Positions 50,424 to 61,053 are shown, counted from the stretch's first letter. The stretch: 64,000 nucleotides of DNA from an uncultured delta proteobacterium (GCA_963745035.1 CAVUVW010000011.1:1-64000); one strand, 5' to 3'. The notes: generated from the sequence alone by a model not told the origin. Made by a program: numbers and translations.

Positions 50424-50813
50424 TCAATTGATCGACCCGCTCGAACTGCTAAAGGTGAAACTCGGCTGCGTGCCGCCTGGCTTGGCGGCAGTAATCGTAA
50501 AGCTGTTCGGCGTCACAATGTTGAGAGTCAACGTGACGCCGCTGGTTGCGTGAAAGCCAAACCCCTGAAGTTCTTCGATGGTGGCGGGATAGACCGATCG
50601 CTTGGTGAAGTAACTTTCGACGGTCACCGCTGCGTTTCTGAGATCGGACTTCAATTGCGCGTCGACCGCGCGGCTGCGATAACTGATGAACTGCGGAATT
50701 GCAATCACGGCCAAGATGCCGATGATTGCAATGATGATGAGAATTTCCACTAGCGTAAAGCCACTCGTTGGTATGAAGCGCCGCAGTGCTTTGCGTTCCC
50801 GTTGATTGATCAC
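50424..50813 (-). CDS. type IV pilin-like prepilin
   Basis: G/FTLVEILIIIAIIGILAVIAIPQF cleavage-methylation motif; GGAGG RBS. Confidence 0.88.
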   Translation of the reverse strand: MINQRERKALRRFIPTSGFTLVEILIIIAIIGILAVIAIPQFISYRSRAVDAQLKSDLRNAAVTVESYFTKRSVYPATIEELQGFGFHATSGVTLTLNIVTPNSFTITAAKPGGTQPSFTFSSSSGSIN

Positions 50814-51133
50814 GCTGTCGTTCCTCCCGCCTATAATTAAATGCCGTTCGTTGTCTGACTGTTTCTTGATTCAACATCACGACTCTCTTTGCGGGTCATG
50901 TGGATTTAAAGACCGCGGTGCACTTTTGTCAAGAAATTTTTATCGACGCGCGGGTCCGTCCGACCCGGCTGGTGGGTAGCGTCAAGAGTTGTGTGTAAAG
51001 TTTAGGGGTTGCAGAAGCCAATTTTGATTGAGGTGATTGTTCTTGACGTTTCGTTTCGATCTGACCTATCTTTTCAAGCCGCAACGAGCTTGGATCGGTT
51101 TCTCGCAACTTACGTTCGATACGAGGAGGCGAT

Positions 51134-52165
51134 ATGAAACGGATTACACTGTGGCTTTTGCCCTTCCTGTTTTGCGCCGGCCAGGTTGCGGCGCAGACTC
51201 CTTACTACCAAGGCAAGACAGTCAGAGTCGTTGTCGGTTACCCGACGGGGAGTGCGCACGACCTGTGGGGCCGCCTGATTGCGCCGCAATTGACCAAACA
51301 TCTTCCCGGCAATCCCGCCACCGTGGTCCAGAACATGCCCGGCGCCGGGTCGATGACAGCTACTAACTACGTTTATGGGGTAAGCAAGCCCGACGGCTTG
51401 ACTCTCGGCATCAACAACGCGGCGCTCTATTTCGAGCAGCTCTTGAAAAAGAAAGAAGTTCAATACGACTGGTCCAAGTTTACCTGGGTGGGCAGCACGA
51501 CACCGACGAGTCCGCTTTTGTATATGTGGGCGAATGCTCCCTACAAAACGATTCATGACGTGCGCAGTGCGACCGTTCCGCCCAAGTGCGGGGCAACGGG
51601 AACGGGGAACACGGGTTACTATCTGCCGCGATTGCTCGAGGAGGCGATCGGCGCGAAGTTTCAAATTGTCACCGGCTATCAAGGTGGCGCTGACATCGAA
51701 ATCGCCGTCGAACGAGGTGAAGTACAGTGCCGCGCATTCACGATTCAGGTTTTTTACGGGCGTGAGCCGTTTCACACCTGGCGCAGCAAGAACCTGGTGC
51801 GCGTGTTGGTGTTCGCGGGTAAGAGGCGCGATCCTCGCATACCCGATACGCCGCTGCTCAGCGAATTGATGGATCAATACAAGACTTCGGATCTGAACCG
51901 CCGTCTCGTTACCGTGATGCTCGGCTCGGGCGAATTCGGCGCCGCCCCGATGTTCGCCGCCCCGGGAACGCCACCGGAGGTCACCAAGCTTCTCCGCGCG
52001 GCATATGCGAAGGCGCTTACAAGCCCCGAGCTGATTGCCGATGCCAAAAAGCAGGGTCTGGAACCGGAGCTCATTCACGGCGACGAGGTCGAAGCGCTTG
52101 CGAAGGAAGTCTTGAACCAGCCGGCCGAAGTTGTTGCGGCGATGAAAAAAGTGATGGGAGAGTGA
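51134..52165 (+). CDS. TctC/Bug family substrate-binding protein
   Basis: QNMPGAGS, KCGATG, GYQGG, RGEVQCR. Confidence 0.9.
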   Translation: MKRITLWLLPFLFCAGQVAAQTPYYQGKTVRVVVGYPTGSAHDLWGRLIAPQLTKHLPGNPATVVQNMPGAGSMTATNYVYGVSKPDGLTLGINNAALYFEQLLKKKEVQYDWSKFTWVGSTTPTSPLLYMWANAPYKTIHDVRSATVPPKCGATGTGNTGYYLPRLLEEAIGAKFQIVTGYQGGADIEIAVERGEVQCRAFTIQVFYGREPFHTWRSKNLVRVLVFAGKRRDPRIPDTPLLSELMDQYKTSDLNRRLVTVMLGSGEFGAAPMFAAPGTPPEVTKLLRAAYAKALTSPELIADAKKQGLEPELIHGDEVEALAKEVLNQPAEVVAAMKKVMGE

Positions 52166-52534
52166 GCGGCCCAGAATAGATTACTGTTCCGTGCGGCAAT
52201 GACTTGCGCTGAGCAGTCGATACGTGTGCCCGCTTGCTCGGAGCCTTGATGACTGCTGCGAGCTTCGTGCGTAAACTTGACGAAACCGGCTTCATCGACT
52301 GAGTCTACGGCGCATCGAATAGCGTTGCCCGCCGAGTCTCGAGTTCGGCGTCTCACGTCTCGTGATTTCCATCGCGATCGCCGGAGTTCCGCAGAAGGCC
52401 GCTAGCGAGTCGTATTCCGGCAACCCTAGACTTGAGACATTAGACGCAAGAGATCCTCGGTTCCCGCGTTGAATCCGATTCTGGATTGCGATATTCGCTC
52501 AAGAGAGAAGTAGTTATTCACTCGGGAGGCAATC

Positions 52535-53275
52535 GTGCTGCAAGACAAAGTCGTCGTCATTACCGGCAGCGGCCAAGGCATCGGCAAGCACGCCGCGAAA
52601 ACTTTCGCCAAAGAAAAAGCCAAGGTCGTCATCGCCGACTTCAACGCCGATCTGGCGATGAAGACGGCGGCGGAAATCGGTCAAGCGACCGAGGCGCTCG
52701 CTGTGCACGCCGACGTGCGCGACGAAGACAGCGTTAAGAAGATGATCGATGAAGTCATCCGCCGGTTCGGGCGGATCGACGTGATGATGAACAACGCCGC
52801 CATCGTGCCGCACTTTGCCTGGAATATTCCGCGCTGGCCGCTCATCGCCGACATGCCGCTCGAGTTTTGGGACCGGGTGATGCGCACCAATCTCTATGGA
52901 ACGTTCTTCGGCACAAAGCACGTGATTCCTCACATGGCCAAGCAGAAATCCGGCCACATCATCAATCTTTACGGCGGCGGTGGTGTAAGACCCGGCGGCG
53001 CCGGGACGTACATGGTGACCAAGGACGGCATTCGCACTTTCACCCGGTACGTCGCCGAGGAAGTGCGCGATTCAAACGTGTGCGTGGTGACGTTCTCGCC
53101 GCGCGTGCCGATCGCGACCGAGACCGCGCCGGAAGAAGCGCTCAAGAGATTGCCGGGCCCGGAGATTCTTGGACAAGGCTTCGTGCTTTGCGCCCAGTTG
53201 CCGATGGAGCAAAGCGGGAAGTGCTTCGCCTACGAAAACGGCAAGCTGGTCGATGAGTCGGTGCGGGAAGGGTGA
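52535..53275 (+). CDS. short-chain dehydrogenase/reductase
   Basis: TGSGQGIG, NNAA, YMVTK. Confidence 0.88.
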   Translation: MLQDKVVVITGSGQGIGKHAAKTFAKEKAKVVIADFNADLAMKTAAEIGQATEALAVHADVRDEDSVKKMIDEVIRRFGRIDVMMNNAAIVPHFAWNIPRWPLIADMPLEFWDRVMRTNLYGTFFGTKHVIPHMAKQKSGHIINLYGGGGVRPGGAGTYMVTKDGIRTFTRYVAEEVRDSNVCVVTFSPRVPIATETAPEEALKRLPGPEILGQGFVLCAQLPMEQSGKCFAYENGKLVDESVREG

Positions 53276-53323
53276 AAAGAAGGCAACAGGCAGTAGGCAG
53301 CAGTTAAGACAAAGGGATAAAGA

Positions 53324-54343
53324 ATGACGGTGATTGATGCGGATGCGCATGTGATCGAGAGCGAATCGGCGTGGGACTACATGCTCGAATCCGAGCGGCA
53401 GTATCGTCCGCGGATTGTCGCCGCGGCGAGCGGGGATGCGGCGATTGATTTTTGGCACATCGACGGAAGGTTGATGCCGCGGACGAATGTGGAAAAGAAA
53501 TTGCCCGAAGCGGCTCGCGACATGAGCGACCTGAGCATCCGGATCAAGCACATGGACGAGCTCAACATCGACATGCAGGTGATCTATCCGACCATTTTTA
53601 TTTTTCCCACAGCGCGCCGGCCCGAGGTGGATCTCGCGATCTGCCGCAGTTACAACCGCTGGATGGCTGACATTGTTGCGAAAGCGCCGGAACGATTTCG
53701 CTGGGTGGTGGTTCCGCCGCTGCTCAACATGGACCGAGTCGCTGAGGAGTTGAGGTTTGGGAAAGAGCACGGCGCGTGCGGCGTGTACTTGCGCGGATTG
53801 GAGGCTGACCGCCGATTGAGCGATTCGTACTTCTATCCTTTATATGATGAGGCCAGCCGGCTCGATCTGCCGATCTGCGTTCACTCGGCCAACGGCAGCA
53901 TCGAATCGCATGATTTCTTTCTCGATGAGCCGGGCTTTTGCAAGTTCAAGCTCGCGGTCGTCGGCGCCTTTCATTCGCTGGTGAACGACGGTATTCCCGA
54001 ACGATTTCCCCGTTTGCGCATCGGTATTATCGAAGTCAGCGCCCAGTGGATTCCCTATGCGATCCATGATCTGGCGCGACGCCATACGCGCCGCGGTAAG
54101 AAGCTGAGCGACCAATTGCTCAAGGATAAACGGGTGTACGTCACGTGCCAGACCGACGACGATCTCGATTACATTCTTGGGTACGCCGGCGAAGATAATC
54201 TCGTGATCGGGACGGACTATGGCCACTCCGATAACGCAAGCGAGATCGAGGCGCTGCGCAAGCTCAGAACCGAGGGCCGATTGCCGGGTCGCGTGATCGA
54301 TAAGATTCTCGACGACAATCCGCGGGCGCTCTACGCGCTGTAG
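53324..54343 (+). CDS. amidohydrolase family 2 protein (decarboxylase/hydratase-like)
   Basis: IDADAH, YNRWMAD, PICVH, GTDYGH. Confidence 0.88.
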   Translation: MTVIDADAHVIESESAWDYMLESERQYRPRIVAAASGDAAIDFWHIDGRLMPRTNVEKKLPEAARDMSDLSIRIKHMDELNIDMQVIYPTIFIFPTARRPEVDLAICRSYNRWMADIVAKAPERFRWVVVPPLLNMDRVAEELRFGKEHGACGVYLRGLEADRRLSDSYFYPLYDEASRLDLPICVHSANGSIESHDFFLDEPGFCKFKLAVVGAFHSLVNDGIPERFPRLRIGIIEVSAQWIPYAIHDLARRHTRRGKKLSDQLLKDKRVYVTCQTDDDLDYILGYAGEDNLVIGTDYGHSDNASEIEALRKLRTEGRLPGRVIDKILDDNPRALYAL

Positions 54344-54471
54344 CAGACTGCTGAAAAAGCCTCATATGCTTCGTTGCGCTCAATCGCCTCGCGTCAACGT
54401 ACTGCCGATGTACGCCTCCGCTCGTCGATTCATCGCGCGCCTTGCCTCTGAGATCTTTTTGAGCAGTCTGC
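54343..54471. mobile_element. 129-bp MITE with 17-bp terminal inverted repeats
   Basis: GCAGACTGCTGAAAAAG / CTTTTTGAGCAGTCTGC (16/17). Confidence 0.7.
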
Positions 54472-54532
54472 AAGGAAAGGTTTGTCGGTAGACCAAAGAT
54501 GCAACAGCATTTCCGAATTTGGGGGTTGTAGC

Positions 54533-55570
54533 ATGTTGACCATCGATGCGGATGCGCATGTCATCGAGTGCGAGAAGACTTGGGATTATTTGGAGGGTGC
54601 CGACAAACGCTACCGGCCGGTGCCGATCGCTGTGGACATGCCTACAGGCAAGACGCAGAATTTTTGGATCATCGGCGGGCGGCTGATCGGCGGGCGCGAC
54701 AACATCGGCCAGGACACTTCGAAAGAGTCGCGCGAGATGGCCAATATCGATTCGCGCCTGAAACACATGGACGAGATCGGCACCGGCGTGCAGGTGCTTT
54801 ATCCAACGCTCTTTCTTCGCCCTGTGACCGACAATCCGCCCATCGAGCTGGCGCTTTGTCGTTCCTACAATCGCTGGATGGCGGACATCTGGTCCAAGGA
54901 CAAAAAACGTTTGCGCTGGGCGGTGCAGCTGCCGCTTTTGACCATGGACAAAGCGCTCGACGAGCTTCGCTGGTCGCACGGCAACGGAGCGTGCGCGGTA
55001 TTCATGCGCGGCATCGAGACCCATCACGTTTTGCACGATCCATATTTTTTTCCGCTCTACGAAGAGGCCAGCCGACTTAATATGCCGATCGGCATTCACT
55101 CGGGCATCGGCAATTTCACAGTCAACGAAATGTTGGGCGGTGAACCGTTCCGGGTGGCCAAGCTGATGGTGATCGGCGGCTTTCATTCCATGATTTTGAA
55201 CGGCATTCCGGAAAGATTTCCCAAGCTGCGCATCGGCGCCATCGAAGTGGCTGCGCAGTGGGTGCCGTATATCGTGCACGATCTCAATCTACGGTTCCCC
55301 AAGCTTGCCGGTAAGGAGGCGCGGCCGGACGTGCTGAGCGGCAGCAATCAGTTATTTGCGGCCTGTCAGACCGACGACGATCTTCCTTACGTGCTCAAGT
55401 ACGCGGGCGAGAATAGTCTCATGATCGGCTCGGATTACGGCCACGCGGACAACGCGAGCGAGTTGCTGGCTCTGGCGAAACTAAAAGAGAACGGCGAGAT
55501 CGATCCGGCAGTGATCGACAAGATTCTTTATTACAATCCGGCGAAGTTCTACGGGCTGGATCAGGATTAG
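54533..55570 (+). CDS. amidohydrolase family 2 protein (paralogue of previous)
   Basis: IDADAH, YNRWMAD, PIGIH, GSDYGH. Confidence 0.88.
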   Translation: MLTIDADAHVIECEKTWDYLEGADKRYRPVPIAVDMPTGKTQNFWIIGGRLIGGRDNIGQDTSKESREMANIDSRLKHMDEIGTGVQVLYPTLFLRPVTDNPPIELALCRSYNRWMADIWSKDKKRLRWAVQLPLLTMDKALDELRWSHGNGACAVFMRGIETHHVLHDPYFFPLYEEASRLNMPIGIHSGIGNFTVNEMLGGEPFRVAKLMVIGGFHSMILNGIPERFPKLRIGAIEVAAQWVPYIVHDLNLRFPKLAGKEARPDVLSGSNQLFAACQTDDDLPYVLKYAGENSLMIGSDYGHADNASELLALAKLKENGEIDPAVIDKILYYNPAKFYGLDQD

Positions 55571-55750
55571 AAAAAGTGTTCGCGAACGTGGTTCGTTTCG
55601 CTAGATCAGGCAATGAAAGTTGAGCGGGGTGATGGCCTAGCCTTTCCCCTTTGACGGGGAAAGGTTGGATAGGGGTGCCGTGAGCAAATGCAAGATCACC
55701 CCTTCCTTACCCTTCCCCGTCGAGGGGAAGGAATCAGGTCGGGCTAGGGC

Positions 55751-56919
55751 ATGAGTAACCGAGAGAAAGCGAATGAGCTGAGGCCTTTGATCTATTGCTG
55801 ACCGGCGGCACGGTTCTCAATCCAGCGACCGGGCTCAACGCAAAATTGGACGTCGGCGTGACCGGGGATCGAGTCACGGCGATTCAATCCAATATTCCAC
55901 GGGCCAACGCCAATAAGACTGTGGACGTCAGCGGCTGCTACGTCACGCCGGGGCTGATCGATTTTCACGTGCACAGCTATTGGGGCGTGAATCCTTACGG
56001 CTGCAATCTCGATTCCCTCTGTCTCGCGACCGGCGTGACTACCACGATGGATGCGGGCTCGGCGGGGCCGGTGAACTTTCTCGGCTTTCGCAAGCTGGTC
56101 TATGAGCAATCCAAGGCCCGCATGCTCGGTTTCGTCGCGCTGGCGCAGCATGGCGTGTTGAACACGCCGGGGGAATTGCTCAATCTCGGCTTTGCTGATT
56201 CGGATGGCGCCGCTGAAACGGTCGGCAACAACCGTGACATCGGCATCGGCATCAAGCTCCGGCTGCACAAAAAATCCATCGGCGACAACAGCCGCGAAGC
56301 TTTGCGCCTGGCGATCAAAGCAGGTGAGGCGACAAAGACGCCGATCATGGTGCATGTCGGCGACACGGCCATAGGCATGGACGAGATCGCCGATACTTTA
56401 CGCCCTGGCGACATCATCACGCATTGCTACACGCCGCAGCGGCCGTCGATCATCGATGATAAGGGCAAGCTCCTGCCGCTGGTGCGGAAAGCCAAGGAGC
56501 GCGGCGTGATCTTCGATGTCGGCCATGCGGGGGGGCACTTCGATTTCAATCTCGTCGAGCGTGCCATCGGTGAAGGGCTGGTGCCCGATATCATCAGCTC
56601 GGATTTGCACAGCCGGCTCGCGCAACCGGGCTTCGGCGTGGTCGGCGACTTGCCTACGACGTTGACGAAATTTCTACCTTTGGGGTTGAGCCTCGAGCAG
56701 ATCATTGCCAATTGTACAATCAACCCGGCCCGCGCCATCGGATGGCAGGATCGGATCGGCAGCCTGGAAGTCGGCCGCGAGGCCGACATTGCGGTACTGC
56801 AGGTTCTCGACGATCCCGTCACCCTGCGCGATTCGGTGGGCGCCGAGAAATTGCACAGGCAGCGCATCGCGGCGAAGTGGACAGTGCGTGCCGGGGAATT
56901 ATTTCAGGGCCGAGGCTAA
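55751..56919 (+). CDS. amidohydrolase/deacetylase family metallohydrolase (dihydroorotase-like), probable indel near 55785
   Basis: PGLIDFHVH, DAGSAG, IMVH, ITHC, FDVGH, ISSDLH. Confidence 0.88.
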
Positions 56920-56947
56920 TCGGCGCATCGCTCTTGGTGAAGTCGTA

Positions 56948-57053
56948 TGTCATTCTGAGGAGCTTTGCGACGAAGAATCTGCTTTTTCGCCTTCGTAGAT
57001 TAAGTGCGTTCGCTGAGTAAAAGCAGATCCTTCGCCATGGGCTCAGGATGACA
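56948..57053. repeat. TGTCATTCTGAG / CTCAGGATGACA inverted palindrome pair
   Basis: Inverted ends and inner CGAAGAATCT / AGATCCTTCG. Confidence 0.75.
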
Positions 57054-57113
57054 GAAAGTAGAGTTGACGTGTCGTAACCAGCATTTCGCGCTAGCTACTT
57101 TCATGGAGGATTT

Positions 57114-57821
57114 ATGCCTTGGGAAAATGTTCAGGTCGATAATTCGAGGATGAGAGTCTATCTGAGCCAACCGGAGAGTTCTCGGCCGGCTCCGGCTATC
57201 GTCGTGGTTCAGGGACAGACGGGCGTGGATGACTTTGTGAAATTCTCGGACTTGGTCGCCACGCATGGCATCGTTGCGGCGGCGCCGGACCTGTATCATC
57301 GCGATCCGCCGGACTGCAAGGACGATGCGCCGACCCGGCGCATGAGACTGCGCGACGCGACGGTGATCCAGGACATCAATGCCACGGTCAATTTTCTGAA
57401 GTCGCACAAGTCCGTCGATCCGAGCGGCATCGGGATCGTTGGATTTTGTATGGGTGGGCGAATCGTCTATCTGATGTCTGCGGTCAATCCGGATATCAAA
57501 GCCGGCGTGATGTATTACGGCGGCGATACGTTCTCTGCGTGGGGCGAGGGCAAATCCCCATTCGAGCGGACGAAAGACATTCGCTGTCCGATTATGGGTC
57601 ACTTCGGCGAGGACGATAAAAATCCATCGCCCGCGGATATGAAGAAGCTCGACGCCGAATTGACCAAATTCGACAAGCCGCACGAATTTTACTCTTATCC
57701 GAACGCGGCCCACGCCTTCGCCAATTTCGGCTCAGGCGCTTATCGCGAGCACGCGGCCAACGCGTCGTGGCCGCGGACTTTCGGATTTTTCGCGAAACAT
57801 CTTAAGGGAAATAAATCCTAA
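57114..57821 (+). CDS. dienelactone hydrolase family protein
   Basis: GFCMGG nucleophile, YPNAAHAF. Confidence 0.9.
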   Translation: MPWENVQVDNSRMRVYLSQPESSRPAPAIVVVQGQTGVDDFVKFSDLVATHGIVAAAPDLYHRDPPDCKDDAPTRRMRLRDATVIQDINATVNFLKSHKSVDPSGIGIVGFCMGGRIVYLMSAVNPDIKAGVMYYGGDTFSAWGEGKSPFERTKDIRCPIMGHFGEDDKNPSPADMKKLDAELTKFDKPHEFYSYPNAAHAFANFGSGAYREHAANASWPRTFGFFAKHLKGNKS

Positions 57822-57965
57822 CGCGTTCAAATCGTTCAAGCCGTTCAAAACGTTCAAGTGGTTCGAAGAGCGGCATGGCTGCGAACTCGCGATAAACTTG
57901 GCGCATTGACAGGAATGAGGCGCATGTACTAGACCAGCACCGTCGCGAAGAGAGGAGGATCCGAG

Positions 57966-59003
57966 ATGAGACACTCGATTGATTTTCCGTCTTCTTACCG
58001 GTCTTTGAGGGTTTGCCGCAGGCTTGCTCTCATTCTCGTGGCCGCGCTTCTTGTGCCTAGTCCCGTCTTGGCGCAGGCGCTCAAAAAAGTTCCGTTTCCC
58101 TTTTCGCCCATCGGTCTCAATTGCCTCCCGTGGTTCGTCGCCAAAGATGCCCGCATCTTCGAAAAGCACGGGATAGAATTCGATCCGGTTTTTATCGGCG
58201 CTTCGTCCGCGCTCTTCAACGCTATGCTATCGGGCGCGGCCGATTTCGCGGGATCGGGTGGTCCTGCGGTGATATCCAATATTTTGCAGGGTGGCGACGT
58301 TATCCATATTACCGCCATGGTGCCGCGCTTTACCCAATCGATCATGGTGAAGGCGGACATCAGGAAGCCCGAGGACATGGCGAACAAGAAGATCGGCGTC
58401 AGCCGGCTCGGCACGGTGACCCATTTCGCCTTGCAAACCCTATTGGATGGTCATGGCATCAAGAACGTAACGATTCTCCAGATGGGCGGGCAGCCTGAGG
58501 CTTTCGCAGGTTTGAGCCGCGGCTCGGTGGACGGCGCGGTATTCTCGCCGCCCTATAACTTTCAACTGAAGAAGCAGGGTTATAACGAGCTGGCGTCGCC
58601 AAGCGATCTCGCCAAACTTACGCCGTTCATTACAAACGGCATTGTCGCGCGCCGCTCGGTTGCCGAGAAGGACAAAGACACGGTGATCAAGGTAATCAAA
58701 GGCACCGCGGAGGCGATAAAGATCATTCAAACCGACAGGGAATTTACCAAGAAAGTCATGAGCAAGTGGATGCCGATGAAAGACGCGGATCTGGCGGAAC
58801 AATCGTACCGCTTCGCGACTGAGAATTATTCCAAGGAAGGTATCGTCCCGGAACCTGCACTACGCGGGATGGTCAAGCAAATGGTGCAGAGCAATCTCAT
58901 CGACGCCAAGGCGGCGGCGAGCACGCCGGTGACCGCGTATTATGATAATCGCTACGTCGAGGAAGTGAAGCGATCGGGGTTTTTCGATCAACTGTGGAGA
59001 TAG
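57966..59003 (+). CDS. NMT1/SsuA-type ABC substrate-binding protein
   Basis: Signal peptide, PWFVAKDARIFEKHG, KKIGVSRLG. Confidence 0.85.
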   Translation: MRHSIDFPSSYRSLRVCRRLALILVAALLVPSPVLAQALKKVPFPFSPIGLNCLPWFVAKDARIFEKHGIEFDPVFIGASSALFNAMLSGAADFAGSGGPAVISNILQGGDVIHITAMVPRFTQSIMVKADIRKPEDMANKKIGVSRLGTVTHFALQTLLDGHGIKNVTILQMGGQPEAFAGLSRGSVDGAVFSPPYNFQLKKQGYNELASPSDLAKLTPFITNGIVARRSVAEKDKDTVIKVIKGTAEAIKIIQTDREFTKKVMSKWMPMKDADLAEQSYRFATENYSKEGIVPEPALRGMVKQMVQSNLIDAKAAASTPVTAYYDNRYVEEVKRSGFFDQLWR

Positions 59004-59019
59004 CGATGACGCCGTTGCT

Positions 59020-60012
59020 TTACTGCTTGTATAGCTTGCCGATAAAGCCTTCCTTTTCCAGCTCGGCGACGATGGAGTCGTCGACGATGTCATCGACCTT
59101 CACAGTCGATCCGGGCTTTTTGGACAACGCGTCCTTAAGTTGTATGTCCATGCCTTCACGGGTCACGTAAGGAACCCGGTCGAAGAGCTTGGCGTTGATC
59201 TCGTGGGCGGCCTCCAAATAGGCTTCGTCATTGTGGCGTGAGTATTTGGCAAGGATCTTCTTGCTCTCTTCCTTGCGCGTCTTGAAGAAATGCACGCCTT
59301 CGGTGAGCGCCATGACCAGGCGTTTTACCGTGGGCCGGTTGCTCGCGAGATAGGCCTTGGTGGTCGTGCCGCAGATGTAAGGAAAAGGATAGGGCTTGGG
59401 AAATTCCGCGGTGCTTACCAGGACGCGCTGCGGCATGCCTTTCGTCAGATGGAGCACTCCCGGGGGCGCAGGGAATGCGGCGATCTTGCCGGTGCGGAAA
59501 GCCGCAGCCCGTTCGCCCGAGCCGCCGACTTGAATGATCGCCACGTCTTTGTCCGGCTCCAGTCCGAGATGCTTGAGAAAGACGCGCGCGATCACGTCCG
59601 ATGAGCTGCCGATGCGGCTGATGCCGATGCTCTTTCCTTTCAATTGTTCTTTGGATTTGATCGATTCCTGCACGATCAACTCATAGGGCAGAGTGTTCAT
59701 GAAGCAAGCGACGGCGACGAGATTCGCGCCGCTGACCGCGGCGCTGGCGATGGTGCCGCCAGTGCCATTGCCGAACTTGAGTTGTCCGGCGACAAGCACG
59801 GCCACATTGGTGGAGGACGCTGGAATAAAAATCGACTCCACGTCCATGCCGTATTTTTTATAAAGTCCTTTTTCCTGGGCGATGTACCAGTTGGCGCTCG
59901 GCGCATCGACGGAGCTGTAAGAAACCGTGAGCTTCTCCTGGCTCAAAGCATGGGAACTGACCAAACAGAGCGTAAAGCTCGCCAGAACTATTGTACGGCA
60001 ATATCTGTGCAT
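59020..60012 (-). CDS. NMT1/SsuA-type ABC substrate-binding protein
   Basis: Signal peptide, IAQEKGLYKKYG, LKGKSIGISRIG, GLEPDKDV. Confidence 0.85.
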   Translation of the reverse strand: MHRYCRTIVLASFTLCLVSSHALSQEKLTVSYSSVDAPSANWYIAQEKGLYKKYGMDVESIFIPASSTNVAVLVAGQLKFGNGTGGTIASAAVSGANLVAVACFMNTLPYELIVQESIKSKEQLKGKSIGISRIGSSSDVIARVFLKHLGLEPDKDVAIIQVGGSGERAAAFRTGKIAAFPAPPGVLHLTKGMPQRVLVSTAEFPKPYPFPYICGTTTKAYLASNRPTVKRLVMALTEGVHFFKTRKEESKKILAKYSRHNDEAYLEAAHEINAKLFDRVPYVTREGMDIQLKDALSKKPGSTVKVDDIVDDSIVAELEKEGFIGKLYKQ

Positions 60013-60188
60013 GGCTGTGACCTCCGTTTGTCGCATCCTAGGGTAAGGTAAGCGCGACGGTCAAGACGCTTAATCTTTCCGTCAAGCCAGGCAACGCGAA
60101 CGAGGATGTGTGTTGACGATGCCGTGTTTGGTCGGCTAGTGTTTTGGACAGGTGCCGTGCTGCCACTATCCTCGCGAAGGAGAACCCC

Positions 60189-60473
60189 ATGCTTTCCGCC
60201 ATCGTGCTTTTGAACACCGAACGAGACAAGACCAACAAAGTTGCCGAGGCGCTGGCCGACACGGACGGCGTCAGCGAAGTTTATTCAGTCGCCGGACGCT
60301 ACGATCTCGCCGCGATCGTGCGGGCGAGCGACAATGACCAATTGGCGAAAATCGTGACCGAGCACATTCGCGCAGTGCCCGGCATTACGACTTCGGAAAC
60401 GCTGATCGCGTTTCGAGTCTATTCGCGCCACGATCTGGAGCGGATGTTCTCGATCGGGATGGAGAAAGTTTGA
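60189..60473 (+). CDS. Lrp/AsnC ligand-binding domain protein (no HTH)
   Basis: GVSEVYSVAGRYDL..GITTSETLIAF; GGAG RBS. Confidence 0.85.
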   Translation: MLSAIVLLNTERDKTNKVAEALADTDGVSEVYSVAGRYDLAAIVRASDNDQLAKIVTEHIRAVPGITTSETLIAFRVYSRHDLERMFSIGMEKV

Positions 60474-60560
60474 ACACGTTCAAGACGTTCAAGTCGTTTT
60501 AACGGTCAAATGATTTTCGGACATCGAGGTGGAGGTCCAGATCCAAGGTTCAGTTTTCGC

Positions 60561-60599
60561 AAAAAAATGGGGCAGAGTGAGAATTTACTCTGCCCCATT
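60561..60599 (-). terminator. intrinsic terminator
   Basis: 13-bp stem AATGGGGCAGAGT / ACTCTGCCCCATT followed by a T-run on the minus strand. Confidence 0.8.
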
Positions 60600-60620
60600 A
60601 AAATTGAAACATAGAGGCTG

Positions 60621-60896
60621 TTATCGTCCGTCGATCGTCTTTACTCGAACGTCGCCTCCACCCCGATCATCAAAGAGGATCTTTACCTTGGTGCCGTCCT
60701 TGAGAAGATCGGCCTTCTCTTTGGCGTCCGCGCTGCTTACTTTGGCCTTCTGCTCCCAGTCTTTGCCCTTAACGGTAACCATGCGGGATTCTTTGTCGTA
60801 ACCCGAAATCGTCCCGTTTTTTTCCTGGGCGTAGCTTACTGCCGGAGCGAGCGCCAGCGCCAAGAAAATACCCATCACTTGGTTCCTTAACTTCAT
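60621..60896 (-). CDS. small secreted protein (OB-fold-like)
   Basis: Signal peptide ending AYA-like SYA/QE, AAGGAGG RBS, own terminator. Confidence 0.7.
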   Translation of the reverse strand: MKLRNQVMGIFLALALAPAVSYAQEKNGTISGYDKESRMVTVKGKDWEQKAKVSSADAKEKADLLKDGTKVKILFDDRGGGDVRVKTIDGR

Positions 60897-61053
60897 GTGT
60901 TGTTCACCTCCTTTCGATCGTAAAGTGCACCTTCTTCCTGGAAGGGCTAAACGATATTTCTAGAATAAATCTCTCTACAGTGTAAAGAGTTTCCGCCGAG
61001 TGGAGCGGGCTCCTCCCCATTTTCCGACTTTAGTCGCACGCGGCGAAACCGGT

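Noticed and set aside
50880-50990. c-di-GMP riboswitch upstream of the pilin
   Set aside because: Only a GCAAAG fragment; the P2/P3 consensus could not be matched
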